Positions 41,834 to 51,064 of a stretch of DNA of 64,000 nucleotides are shown one piece after another. Source of the DNA: an uncultured Rhodoluna sp. Lineage in GTDB: Bacteria > Actinomycetota > Actinomycetes > Actinomycetales > Microbacteriaceae. Position 1 is the first letter of the stretch. Each line of letters starts with the position of its first letter. A model generated the notes under the pieces. The model worked only from the letters and a program-made list of their open reading frames with translations, searched no databases and was not told where the DNA came from. The DNA lies in assembly GCA_964530255.1 (NCBI GenBank), contig CAZGZW010000001.1, positions 27,040 through 91,039 of the forward strand, read 5' to 3'. A program made the position numbers and the translations under genes.

Positions 41834-43768
41834 ATGGCAAATAAAACATTTCGAAAATCATTTTCAACCCTCGCTGCTAGCACCCTATTGGTTGGGTTAC
41901 TAGCCACTCCGGCACAGTCGGAAACTGTTTACTCGGCCCCAATCGCGCCTGAAGTAACCTCTGCAACTGGAGTTGCTGGCGGTATTAAGGTTTCGTGGAA
42001 GGCGCCAGCAGAAACAAACCCTTCGATCACCAACTACATCGTTAGTGCTGGAGTTGGCTCTTGCCCAGTCATTGTCAAGGGAAATGTTCGTTCTGCGGTT
42101 ATTCCTGCGCTAAACAAATTAGACCAGTCGGTATCAGTTCAGGCGGTAAACGCATATGGAATTTCGCCACTTGGTAACTACGACGAGTTAGTCGCTGCCA
42201 AGTCGGTCGCACCTAAGTCAATCAAGTCAGTTCAGGTTCTTCAGCTGAGTGATTTTCACGGCGCAATCGAGACCACTTCTAGCAACATCGGAGCACCAAT
42301 TCTTGCCAGCGCATTTGCTGCCGACCGTGAACTTGCCACCGCAACGGTGACTGTATCGTCAGGCGACAATTTTGGAGCCTCACCGGTCATTTCTAGTGCA
42401 TTTGAAGAGCTTCCCACAGTCGAAGCGATGAACGCGATGAAGTTTGATGCTTCCACGTTTGGTAACCACGAACACGACCAAAACCTTGAACACCTCAACA
42501 AAATGATTGATGCATCAAGCTTCAAGTGGGTTGTCTCGAACTACAGCTCGCTGCAGGGAGTTAAGGCTTTGCGCTACACAATCATCAACAGGGGCGGAGT
42601 AAAGATTGGCCTTGTTGGCGCCAACACCGCAGAAACCAAGGATGTAGTGTTCCCAGGAAATCTTGACTACACCGTGGCTGGGGCCAAGAAAACCATTCAA
42701 ATCTCGTCAAGTACCGCGCCCGTTGCCAAAGCTGCTGCAGATGCTAGAAAAGCCGGCGCCGATTTCGTAATTGCTCTGGTACACGAAGGTTGGGCAGACT
42801 CAGCAAATGGCCGTGCCTCAGGCGGCCTAATTACCTACGCAAGCAAGATCAGGGGCGTAGACGCCATTTATGGTGGACACTCGCACAACCAATTCTCATC
42901 CGTGATCAACGGAGTGCTAACCGCCCAGGTTAAGAATTCTGGGGTTCAATACACTCGCACCCAGATTTGTGTAGACACCGCAAAAAACCGCGTTCTTGGT
43001 TCAAGTGTGGAGTTCGTCAATAAGGCTGACGTCTCTTCTGGCCTAGTTGCTGATGCAACTGCCGACGCTGTTGTGGCTAAATACAAGGCACAGGTGACCG
43101 CCAAGTTTGACCAAAAAATTGGAGTGGTTGCTTCAATTGCTCCCCGAGGAGGTACTCCGGCTGTCGAACGTTCGAGTGAGGCCGCTATCGGAAGCTACGC
43201 CGCCGATGCACTTCTGAAAAAATACTCGACTGATTTCGTTTTGATCAACGGTGGAGGAATTCGCGACACTTTCCCAGCCGCTACGTATAAGCCCCTAGAT
43301 GCAACTTTGCGTCGTGCAAAAACTGGCTACACCGGACCTTACGATGTGACACTCGGTGACGCATATGCGGTGTTCCCTTTCGGGAACTCTGTGAGCACAA
43401 CCACAATCACCGGTGCAAAGCTCTGGGAAGCACTCGAAAACGGTGTTTCGCAGTACCCATCGGCAGGCCGTTGGCCTCAGATTGCTGGTTTCAAGTTCAC
43501 TGTTGACACAACTAAATCAGCAGGATCACGCGTCACCGCCGTGACAACCCTTGGCGGGGTAAACGTGGCAAGAGATGACAAGAGTTACACCATCGCGACT
43601 CTAGACTTCATGGTTTACGGTGGCGACGGATACACCCAATTTGATCCTGCCAAGGTCAAGGTTAGAGATCTATTGGTTGACGTATTCGTTGATGCACTGA
43701 AGGCAGACCTGGTCGCAGGTAAGACAACCGCAATGGTTACCGACGGTCGAATCTCCGTTATTAAATAA
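41834..43768 (+). CDS. secreted bifunctional metallophosphatase / 5'-nucleotidase with N-terminal FN3-like domain
   Basis: A signal peptide is present. The calcineurin-like motifs LSDFHG and GNHEHD are present. A C-terminal 5'-nucleotidase substrate-binding domain (GGIRD) is present. Confidence 0.85.
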   Translation: MANKTFRKSFSTLAASTLLVGLLATPAQSETVYSAPIAPEVTSATGVAGGIKVSWKAPAETNPSITNYIVSAGVGSCPVIVKGNVRSAVIPALNKLDQSVSVQAVNAYGISPLGNYDELVAAKSVAPKSIKSVQVLQLSDFHGAIETTSSNIGAPILASAFAADRELATATVTVSSGDNFGASPVISSAFEELPTVEAMNAMKFDASTFGNHEHDQNLEHLNKMIDASSFKWVVSNYSSLQGVKALRYTIINRGGVKIGLVGANTAETKDVVFPGNLDYTVAGAKKTIQISSSTAPVAKAAADARKAGADFVIALVHEGWADSANGRASGGLITYASKIRGVDAIYGGHSHNQFSSVINGVLTAQVKNSGVQYTRTQICVDTAKNRVLGSSVEFVNKADVSSGLVADATADAVVAKYKAQVTAKFDQKIGVVASIAPRGGTPAVERSSEAAIGSYAADALLKKYSTDFVLINGGGIRDTFPAATYKPLDATLRRAKTGYTGPYDVTLGDAYAVFPFGNSVSTTTITGAKLWEALENGVSQYPSAGRWPQIAGFKFTVDTTKSAGSRVTAVTTLGGVNVARDDKSYTIATLDFMVYGGDGYTQFDPAKVKVRDLLVDVFVDALKADLVAGKTTAMVTDGRISVIK

Positions 43769-43852
43769 CTGCTGCATCCCTTCTAGTCGGGGTCGGGTAA
43801 TAAGCCTGGCCCCGATTGGAATTTAAGTGGCAAATCCGAGCTTGCATTCTGT

Positions 43853-45316
43853 GTGCGCCAACTCCTCTTTGCTGACCAATTAGGTCCGCATTTCGACCTG
43901 GGCGGCGAAATCACATTGGTCGAAAGCCTAGGTCGGCTCAAGGCGCACAATTACCATTGGGCCAAAGCCCAACTCATCCTTTCAGCTATTAGACACCGTG
44001 CAGCCGAGTCGGATCGGGTTACTCTGATTCACGCTGAGAGCTATCGCGAGTTTTTGACATCGCAGCCTGAGCAAAACTTCGTGGCCATAAACCCAACCTC
44101 CTACGGTTTTCGAAAATTAGCTGAATCAGAACAAATCACGACTCTGCCCAGCCGGGGTTTCGTGACTGACGAAATTGAGTTTCAAAACTGGGTAGCCGGT
44201 AAAGCTGGAAAACGGCTACTGCTTGAAGATTTTTATCGCTGGTCGAGACAAAAACATTTGATATTCATGGATGGTTCCGAGCCGACTGGCGGCCAATGGA
44301 ATTTTGATCACGAAAACCGCGAACCCGCGCCAAAAAAACAGGCGAAGCTTGGTGTTGCCGACCCATGGTGGCCTATTGAAGATGAAATCGATGCGCAAGT
44401 TCGCGCCGATCTGCGCCGCTGGCAGAAAGCAGGTCTAATCAATCTGACCGGAACCGAAGGCCCGCGCTTATTTGCTGCAACTCGCGAAGAGGCCCTTGCC
44501 GCTTTAGATCACTTTATTGAACATCGCCTGCCAAGCTTTGGGCCTTGGGAAGACGCAGCGCTGGCTGACGACTGGGCGATGAGCCATTCGCTGTTGAGTG
44601 TGCCACTAAATCTTGGGCTGCTAGACCCTCTAGAGGTTGTGCAGGCTGCCGAAGCGGCATTTCGTGAGGGAAAAGCGCCGATCAACTCAGTTGAAGGGTT
44701 CATTCGTCAAATCATGGGATGGCGCGATTACGTCTGGCACCTCTATTGGCATTTCGGCGAGTCGTACGTTCAAAATAATGCGCTAAATGCGAATGTCGAC
44801 GTTCCGATAAGTTGGCAAGATCTAGATTCCGAATCGATAACTAGCAACTGCATTCGACACACCATCGGTGGCCTCAGCGAAAGAGGGTGGCTGCACCATA
44901 TTGAACGACTGATGATTTTAGGAAATGTTGCAATGCAGCGCGGTTTCAACCCTGCACAACTCAACCAGTGGTTTATCGACAATTTTGTCGACGGCACACC
45001 ATGGGTTATGCCGGCGAACGTGATTGGAATGTCTCAATTTGCCGATGGTGGAATGATGAGCACCAAACCCTATGCCGGCGGTGGTTCGTACATTTCAAAA
45101 ATGACGAATTACTGTGGCGGCTGTCAATTTGATCCAAAGCAAAGGGTTGGCGAACAGGCCTGCCCGGTTACTGCCGGCTACTGGAATTTCCTGGCGACGC
45201 ACGAGGGTCGATTTAGGCAAAACCATCGGATGTTGCAGCCGTTGGCAGGTCTAAAAAAGTTGGCCGATCTCGAGCAAATTCTCGTGCAAGAGGCAAATCG
45301 CGGCACCAAACTTTAG
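43853..45316 (+). CDS. cryptochrome/photolyase family protein of the Fe-S bacterial type (FeS-BCP; PhrB/CryB-like, probable (6-4) photolyase)
   Basis: The fold-family motifs match what I recall for the family (WRDYVWH). Four Cys occur with spacing C-X87-C-X2-C-X12-C (NCIRH ... YCGGCQFDPKQRVGEQAC). Confidence 0.82.
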   Translation: MRQLLFADQLGPHFDLGGEITLVESLGRLKAHNYHWAKAQLILSAIRHRAAESDRVTLIHAESYREFLTSQPEQNFVAINPTSYGFRKLAESEQITTLPSRGFVTDEIEFQNWVAGKAGKRLLLEDFYRWSRQKHLIFMDGSEPTGGQWNFDHENREPAPKKQAKLGVADPWWPIEDEIDAQVRADLRRWQKAGLINLTGTEGPRLFAATREEALAALDHFIEHRLPSFGPWEDAALADDWAMSHSLLSVPLNLGLLDPLEVVQAAEAAFREGKAPINSVEGFIRQIMGWRDYVWHLYWHFGESYVQNNALNANVDVPISWQDLDSESITSNCIRHTIGGLSERGWLHHIERLMILGNVAMQRGFNPAQLNQWFIDNFVDGTPWVMPANVIGMSQFADGGMMSTKPYAGGGSYISKMTNYCGGCQFDPKQRVGEQACPVTAGYWNFLATHEGRFRQNHRMLQPLAGLKKLADLEQILVQEANRGTKL

Positions 45317-45364
45317 CTACCTCTGCAGCTGAGCGGTAGCCTTGGCACAGGAGTGTGACTCGTA

Positions 45365-46858
45365 ATGTCAAAGGCGCAAATTTTCCACTGGGTAGCTGGC
45401 AAAAGTTATCGGGGTGAGTCAAATAGATTTTCTGACGTGTTTGACCCGGCAACTGGTATTGCTGGCAAAGAAGTAAACCTTGCAACTGCCCAAGACCTAA
45501 ATCACGCTGTTGCAGTTGCTAGTGCAGCGTTCAAATCTTGGAGAGAGCTATCAGTCGCTCGCCGCCAAGAAATAATGTTTCGTTTTCGAGAATTATTGAA
45601 CGCTCGCAAAAGTGAATTAGCCGAAATCATCACCGCCGAACACGGCAAGGTGCTCTCAGATGCCCTCGGTGAAATCACCCGCGGACAAGAGGTAGTTGAA
45701 TTTGCCTGCGGAATGGCCCATCTGCTCAAGGGTGGCTATAGCGAAAACGTCTCAACCGGCGTCGACGTGTATTCAATTCGCCAGCCACTCGGTGTAGTTG
45801 GCATAATCAGCCCTTTCAATTTTCCGGCGATGGTGCCGATGTGGTTCTTCCCGGTCGCTCTGGCAGCGGGAAACACGGTGGTTCTGAAACCCTCCGAGAA
45901 AGACCCCAGCGCAGCCCTCTGGATTGCAGCATTGCTTAGTGAAGCAGGCCTTCCTGATGGCGTATTCAATGTGGTGAACGGCGACAAAGAGTCTGTCGAT
46001 GCGCTGCTTGATTCGCCTGAAGTTGAGGCAATTTCGTTTGTTGGTTCGACCCCGATTGCGCAATACGTTTATGAACGAGGTGCGGCATCTGGAAAGCGAG
46101 TTCAAGCCTTGGGTGGTGCGAAAAACCACATGCTGGTCTTGCCAGATGCCGATCTCGATTTGGTCGCCGATTCAGCAATAAACGCGGGGTTTGGATCTGC
46201 CGGTGAACGCTGCATGGCGATTTCGGTCGTGGTGGCGGTGGAGCCGGTGGCTGATCAACTAATTCCAAAAATTATTGACCGGATGAGAACACTGCGCACC
46301 GGTGACGGCCGACGCGGTTGCGACATGGGGCCTCTGGTTACCAAAGCGCACCGTGACAAGGTCGCCGGCTACATTGAAATTGCCTTGGCTGATGGCGCAA
46401 GCGTTTTGGTCGACGGCCGCGAGGGCGAATTTGACGGAGACCCCAATGGTTTTTGGCTGGGCCCAACCCTCATTGATCGGGTTACGCCATCCTCTGCCGT
46501 CTACCAAGATGAGATTTTCGGACCGGTGCTTTCGATCGTTAGAGTTGCCAGTTATCAAGACGGCGTTGAGCTAATTAATTCGAGCCAGTTTGGAAATGGC
46601 ACTGCAATTTTCACCAATGATGGTGGTGCTGCCCGAAGATTCCAAAATGAAATTGAAGTCGGCATGGTCGGCATAAACGTGCCAATTCCGGTGCCCGTCG
46701 CCTACTATTCGTTCGGTGGCGCAAAAGCTTCGATCTTTGGAGACTCCAAGGCTCACGGCGTCGAAGGCGTGCACTTTTACACCACCGGAAAAACTGTTAC
46801 CTCAAGATGGCTAGACCCTAGCCATGGTGGGATCAACCTTGGATTCCCACAAAACTAA
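45365..46858 (+). CDS. mmsA: CoA-acylating methylmalonate-semialdehyde dehydrogenase
   Basis: It belongs to the ALDH superfamily. The catalytic Cys context GSAGERCMA is present. The C-terminus VTSRWLDP is typical of MmsA. An AGGAG RBS is present. Confidence 0.88.
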   Translation: MSKAQIFHWVAGKSYRGESNRFSDVFDPATGIAGKEVNLATAQDLNHAVAVASAAFKSWRELSVARRQEIMFRFRELLNARKSELAEIITAEHGKVLSDALGEITRGQEVVEFACGMAHLLKGGYSENVSTGVDVYSIRQPLGVVGIISPFNFPAMVPMWFFPVALAAGNTVVLKPSEKDPSAALWIAALLSEAGLPDGVFNVVNGDKESVDALLDSPEVEAISFVGSTPIAQYVYERGAASGKRVQALGGAKNHMLVLPDADLDLVADSAINAGFGSAGERCMAISVVVAVEPVADQLIPKIIDRMRTLRTGDGRRGCDMGPLVTKAHRDKVAGYIEIALADGASVLVDGREGEFDGDPNGFWLGPTLIDRVTPSSAVYQDEIFGPVLSIVRVASYQDGVELINSSQFGNGTAIFTNDGGAARRFQNEIEVGMVGINVPIPVPVAYYSFGGAKASIFGDSKAHGVEGVHFYTTGKTVTSRWLDPSHGGINLGFPQN

Positions 46859-47643
46859 AGTTCAGTGAGGCCGATTCGAGACTTCTCGTGCAGCTTCCCG
46901 TTGGTAGCCAAAACACTTGAGCTCTCTGCAGTAAGTGGGCCATCCAGAGCGCTGAACTGACCTCCAGCCTGTTCGACAATCGGAACCAGTGCTGCAATAT
47001 CGTAAATTTTGAGATCGTGTTCAGCCACAATGTCAAGCGAGCCCTCGGCCAGAAACATGTAGCTCAGGAAATCTCCGTAGGCTCTGGTGCGCCAAATTCC
47101 CTTTGAAAAATTAAGTAGCTCTTGGGCTAGACCGGCCTGGTCCCAAAGCTGCAGATTGTTGTAGCTCAGCGAGGCATCGGCTAGGTGGCTAATTCCTGAA
47201 ACTCTGATTGGCCTTACTGTTCCGTCAACATCTTTTGTGAATGCGCCAATTTCGGGTGCGGCCCACCACCGACGGCCAAGAGCCGGCGCAGAGACTACCG
47301 AAAGTACGGGCTTGCCCTCAACGGCCAAGGCAATCAGAGATGCCCACACCGGTATTCCGCGCAAATAGTTGGCGGTTCCGTCAATAGGGTCAATAATCCA
47401 AGTGCGTTCTGCCGCTCCGGAAACCCCAAATTCTTCGCCTATCAACGCATCCGCTGGCCGCGCTGTTTCGAGCATTTCTTTCAAAGATGATTCGACAGAT
47501 CGATCTGCGTCGGTTACCGGGCTGCGATCAGGTTTAGTTTCAACAGCTAGATCAATAGCTCGAAATCTTGCCAACGAAATTTCATCCGCTTTGTCGGACA
47601 TCGCCATAGCCAAATCGAGGTCTGCTTGAAAACTCATAGCCAA
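46855..47643 (-). CDS. hisN: inositol monophosphatase family protein, probable histidinol-phosphatase
   Basis: Motifs PVTDADR and IIDPIDGTANY are present. It lies downstream of rsgA, as in other actinobacteria. Confidence 0.78.
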   Translation of the reverse strand: MAMSFQADLDLAMAMSDKADEISLARFRAIDLAVETKPDRSPVTDADRSVESSLKEMLETARPADALIGEEFGVSGAAERTWIIDPIDGTANYLRGIPVWASLIALAVEGKPVLSVVSAPALGRRWWAAPEIGAFTKDVDGTVRPIRVSGISHLADASLSYNNLQLWDQAGLAQELLNFSKGIWRTRAYGDFLSYMFLAEGSLDIVAEHDLKIYDIAALVPIVEQAGGQFSALDGPLTAESSSVLATNGKLHEKSRIGLTEL

Positions 47644-47646
47644 ATT

Positions 47647-48690
47647 CTAGGTTGCTGACTCGCTGCCCAGCACCGACTTCATCAGTCGGCGTAGCGAATC
47701 AACTCGATTTGGTCCGAATTCGCCGAGATTGCCTCTGCTAATTGCGATGTCGAGTTCGCAATCTGGTGAATCAGCAAGGTGGCTGCAGTCTCGAGGGCAG
47801 GTTGCAATCACCTGCCATAAATCTTCAAAAGACCGAAGTAAATTTTCTGGCTTGATATGCCCTAGTCCAAATGATCGCACGCCCGGGGTATCGATAATCC
47901 AACCTGTGCCGAATGATTCATCCAATTGAATAGCTCGCACTGAAGACGAGGTGTGTCGACCTCGGCCGGTAACCGCATTCACCCCTCCGGTAACCCTCGC
48001 CGCATGCGGTGCAAGTGCGTTAACCAAAGTTGACTTACCAACACCAGAGTGCCCAACCATAACCGTCACTTGATCACGCAGTAGTTCTTTAAGCACTGGC
48101 AGCGCAGGTTTATCTGAGCGGTTCAGGACAACAGGAATGGCTAGACCGGCAAAGTTAGCCAGAAATTCATCGGGATTAGCTAGATCAGTTTTAGTAACTA
48201 CCAAGATAGGTTTTAGGCCGGCATCAAAGGCAGCCGCCAAATAGCGGTCGATCAATCTGGTGCGCGGTTCAGGGTCTTTAATCGCCGTCACAATCGCCAT
48301 TTGGGTTGCGTTCGCCACGATTACTCGCTCAACCTGATCACTGTCATCGGCGCTTCGGCGAAGCAGTGTGGCTCTTGGTTCAATCCGAACAATTCTGGCC
48401 AAAGCACCTTCTGTCTCACTGGTATCACCCGCAATTGCCACCCGGTCACCAACAACCACCCCAAGTTTCCTAAGCTCTTTGCCCAAGGTTGCAAGGATTA
48501 CCCGATTTTCGTCTTGTAAAAGAACGTTGTACCTGCCAAGGTCTACCCCGATTACAAACCCAATTGGGGCTTCTTTGTGCTCGGGGCGGGTTTTAGTGCG
48601 CGGCTTATTACCCTTCGGGTTTGGTCGAATTCGAACATCTGACTCATCGAGGTCGTGTTTGCCCGATTCAGGCTCATAGAGCCAACTCAA
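47647..48690 (-). CDS. rsgA: ribosome small subunit-dependent GTPase A
   Basis: The circularly permuted GTPase has a TKTD motif before the P-loop GHSGVGKSTLVNAL. A C-terminal zinc finger (CPRDCSH...C) is present. Confidence 0.9.
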   Translation of the reverse strand: MSWLYEPESGKHDLDESDVRIRPNPKGNKPRTKTRPEHKEAPIGFVIGVDLGRYNVLLQDENRVILATLGKELRKLGVVVGDRVAIAGDTSETEGALARIVRIEPRATLLRRSADDSDQVERVIVANATQMAIVTAIKDPEPRTRLIDRYLAAAFDAGLKPILVVTKTDLANPDEFLANFAGLAIPVVLNRSDKPALPVLKELLRDQVTVMVGHSGVGKSTLVNALAPHAARVTGGVNAVTGRGRHTSSSVRAIQLDESFGTGWIIDTPGVRSFGLGHIKPENLLRSFEDLWQVIATCPRDCSHLADSPDCELDIAISRGNLGEFGPNRVDSLRRLMKSVLGSESAT

Positions 48691-50009
48691 GCGTCAGCCG
48701 CCATCTGTTCAAACCTTTGCTGAGAAGACAACATCGCTGCCCACATCTCGGGGAAGTCAGGCATTGTTTTTGCTGTGGTTCCAATGTTTTCGATGGTGAT
48801 ACCGGGAACACGCAACCCGATTATTGCGCCGGTGGTCGCCATCCGGTGGTCTTCATAGCTTCGCCAAAGAGCGCCGTGAAGGTTGTCACTGGGGTCAATC
48901 TCGAGGCCATCTGCAGTTTCACGGGCGATTCCGCCGATTCGATTTATTTCAGTTGCCAGGGCAGCCAAGCGATCGGTTTCGTGACCCCTTAGGTGGGCAA
49001 CTCCTCTAATCACCGTCGGGCTATCTGCCAATGTGGCCAGTGCCGCAATCACCGGAGTTAGCTCGCCGCCGATTGAAAGGTCAATGTCGATGCCGTGAAT
49101 AACCCCATTTGAGGTGATGGTTAGCCCGTTGGGACCCCGGCTGATTTCAGCACCCATCCGCTGCAGAATTCCGTCGAATTCGTCGCCCACTTGGGTCGTG
49201 ATCGATGGCCAGTGGGGAATGGTCACCGAACCGCCTGCAACCATTGCGGCAGCCAAGAATGGTCCGGCATTTGATAGATCAGGTTCAATGCGAACAACTC
49301 CGCCGGCAATTTTCCCCGGCTTTACCAGCCAAGCAGAATCTCCAATTTGACTTACCTCGATTCCACGTTTTCTTAGGCAGTCGATGGTCATTTCAATGTG
49401 AGGCATCGACGGAAGGTGTTCGCCAACGTGGCGAATTAGCAAACCCTTCTCGAAGCGAGGTGCCGCCATCATCAACCCCGAGACAAACTGACTAGACGCC
49501 GACGCGTCAATTTCAATTTCTCCTCCGGAAACATTTTTTGATCCAATTACGCTGAATGGCAATGAACCAGTGCCCCGGTCATCGACTTCGGCTCCGAGCG
49601 CCCGCAGCGAAGATATAGTGGTTCCCATTGGTCTGCGGCGAGCCCCTTCGTCACCGTCGAATTCAATCGGATGAGGCGACAGGGCGGCAATAGGCGGAAC
49701 AAATCGCATCACGGTGCCGGCGAGGCCACAATCTATGGTGGCGGGCTGGTTAAAACTGGCGGGGGAGACCTCCAAATCGCCATTTGGTGATTCGGCAACA
49801 ACTGCACCGAGTGCCCGAAGGGCCTCGATCATTAGTGAACTATCTCTAGATTTCAGAGAATCAAGAATTGTAGTTTTTTCGCTAGCCAGAGCGGCCAGGA
49901 TAAGTTCACGATTCGTCAGCGATTTGGAGCCAGGCAACGCCACAGTTGCCGAAATTGTGCCGCTAGCTTGAGGGGCCAGCCAGGCAGGGGAATAACTTGA
50001 CGAATTCAT
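48687..50009 (-). CDS. aroA: 3-phosphoshikimate 1-carboxyvinyltransferase
   Basis: The motif [10 protein letters not shown] is present. The size is 440 aa. Confidence 0.93.
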   Translation of the reverse strand: MNSSSYSPAWLAPQASGTISATVALPGSKSLTNRELILAALASEKTTILDSLKSRDSSLMIEALRALGAVVAESPNGDLEVSPASFNQPATIDCGLAGTVMRFVPPIAALSPHPIEFDGDEGARRRPMGTTISSLRALGAEVDDRGTGSLPFSVIGSKNVSGGEIEIDASASSQFVSGLMMAAPRFEKGLLIRHVGEHLPSMPHIEMTIDCLRKRGIEVSQIGDSAWLVKPGKIAGGVVRIEPDLSNAGPFLAAAMVAGGSVTIPHWPSITTQVGDEFDGILQRMGAEISRGPNGLTITSNGVIHGIDIDLSIGGELTPVIAALATLADSPTVIRGVAHLRGHETDRLAALATEINRIGGIARETADGLEIDPSDNLHGALWRSYEDHRMATTGAIIGLRVPGITIENIGTTAKTMPDFPEMWAAMLSSQQRFEQMAADA

Positions 50010-50117
50010 AGGTTTCCAAATTACCAGCAGTGCAGAAACTATTTGAGCGAAAGGGTATTTGAGATGTCTTCAATTGCGGCATTTAGCCCCTTATCGCGAA
50101 GGGTAAACTCAACCCAA

Positions 50118-50720
50118 ATGAGTAAATCTAAACAAGAGGCCGATGCCGAAAAAATCGCGAGTTTTGAAGCACAAGCGATTCCACTGATGCCTCAGCTCTA
50201 CGGAGCCGCGCTTCGCTGGACTAGAAACCCCTCTGATGCTGAAGATTTGGTTCAAGAAACTTTTGCCAAGGCTTTCGGAGCTTGGGCCCAGTTTCAACAG
50301 GGAACCAACCTAAAAGCTTGGCTATACCGCATTATGACCAACACGCACATCAACATGTACAACAAGCGCAATAAAGATCAGGCCAAGGGTGGCCTTGACG
50401 AGCTTGAGGACTGGCAACTTGGTAATGCAGAGTCTGTAACTTCACTATCAACTCGGTCAGCCGAGCTAGAGGCGATTGACAATTTGCCGAGTCAAACCGT
50501 CAAGCAGGCCCTGCACGACATCCCTGAAGAATTTCGTATGGTGGTTTACTACGCGGTGGTAGACGGCCTTCCCTATGCGGAAATCGCAGAAATTATGCAG
50601 ACACCGGTCGGTACCGTGATGTCTCGACTTCACCGCGGAAAGAAACTACTGAGGAAACTGCTAGCTGAGTACGCCCTTCAAGAGGGCTACAGCATCGAGC
50701 AAAACGGGAGCAAGCCATGA
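50118..50720 (+). CDS. sigH: ECF sigma factor, SigH/SigR orthologue
   Basis: Region 2 ([30 protein letters not shown]) and region 4.2 ([26 protein letters not shown]) are present. The start is uncertain: ATG 50118, 50064 or 50043. Confidence 0.88.
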   Translation: MSKSKQEADAEKIASFEAQAIPLMPQLYGAALRWTRNPSDAEDLVQETFAKAFGAWAQFQQGTNLKAWLYRIMTNTHINMYNKRNKDQAKGGLDELEDWQLGNAESVTSLSTRSAELEAIDNLPSQTVKQALHDIPEEFRMVVYYAVVDGLPYAEIAEIMQTPVGTVMSRLHRGKKLLRKLLAEYALQEGYSIEQNGSKP

Positions 50721-50965
50721 CCGATTTTGATTGCCAAGAAACCAAGCGTCACGTTCACGAATATCTGCACAATCAATTGGATGCAGACGAAATCGCTGAA
50801 ATCACCGCTCACCTGGCCAACTGCGATAGTTGCGAGGCAGATTACGACATGGAGAATCTGATTAACGGCGTAATTAAAGAGTCTTGCGACGAAGCTCCGC
50901 CCGCAGAGTTAGCTCAGCGCGTGATGGATCGAATTCGAGGCATTCGTCTAGGCGAAGAGCACTGA
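50717..50965 (+). CDS. rshA: zinc-binding anti-sigma factor (ZAS family, RshA/RsrA-like)
   Basis: The HxxxCxxC motif (HLANCDSC) is present, plus an upstream Cys (DFDCQE). It overlaps the sigH stop by 4 nt. Confidence 0.85.
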   Translation: MTDFDCQETKRHVHEYLHNQLDADEIAEITAHLANCDSCEADYDMENLINGVIKESCDEAPPAELAQRVMDRIRGIRLGEEH

Positions 50966-51064
50966 AAATCGCCCAGCTAAAACTGTTTTGGTTTGGCAAT
51001 CATTAATCTGAAATTTAGTTTCTTATTGAACTTAGTTTGATTCTTTCTGGCGTTTATTAACGCT

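Noticed and set aside
50010-50117. A SigH/SigR autoregulatory promoter (GGAAT-N18-GTT) upstream of sigH.
   Set aside because: No GGAAT or close variant with a correctly spaced GTT was found on the plus strand in this spacer. No promoter is called.
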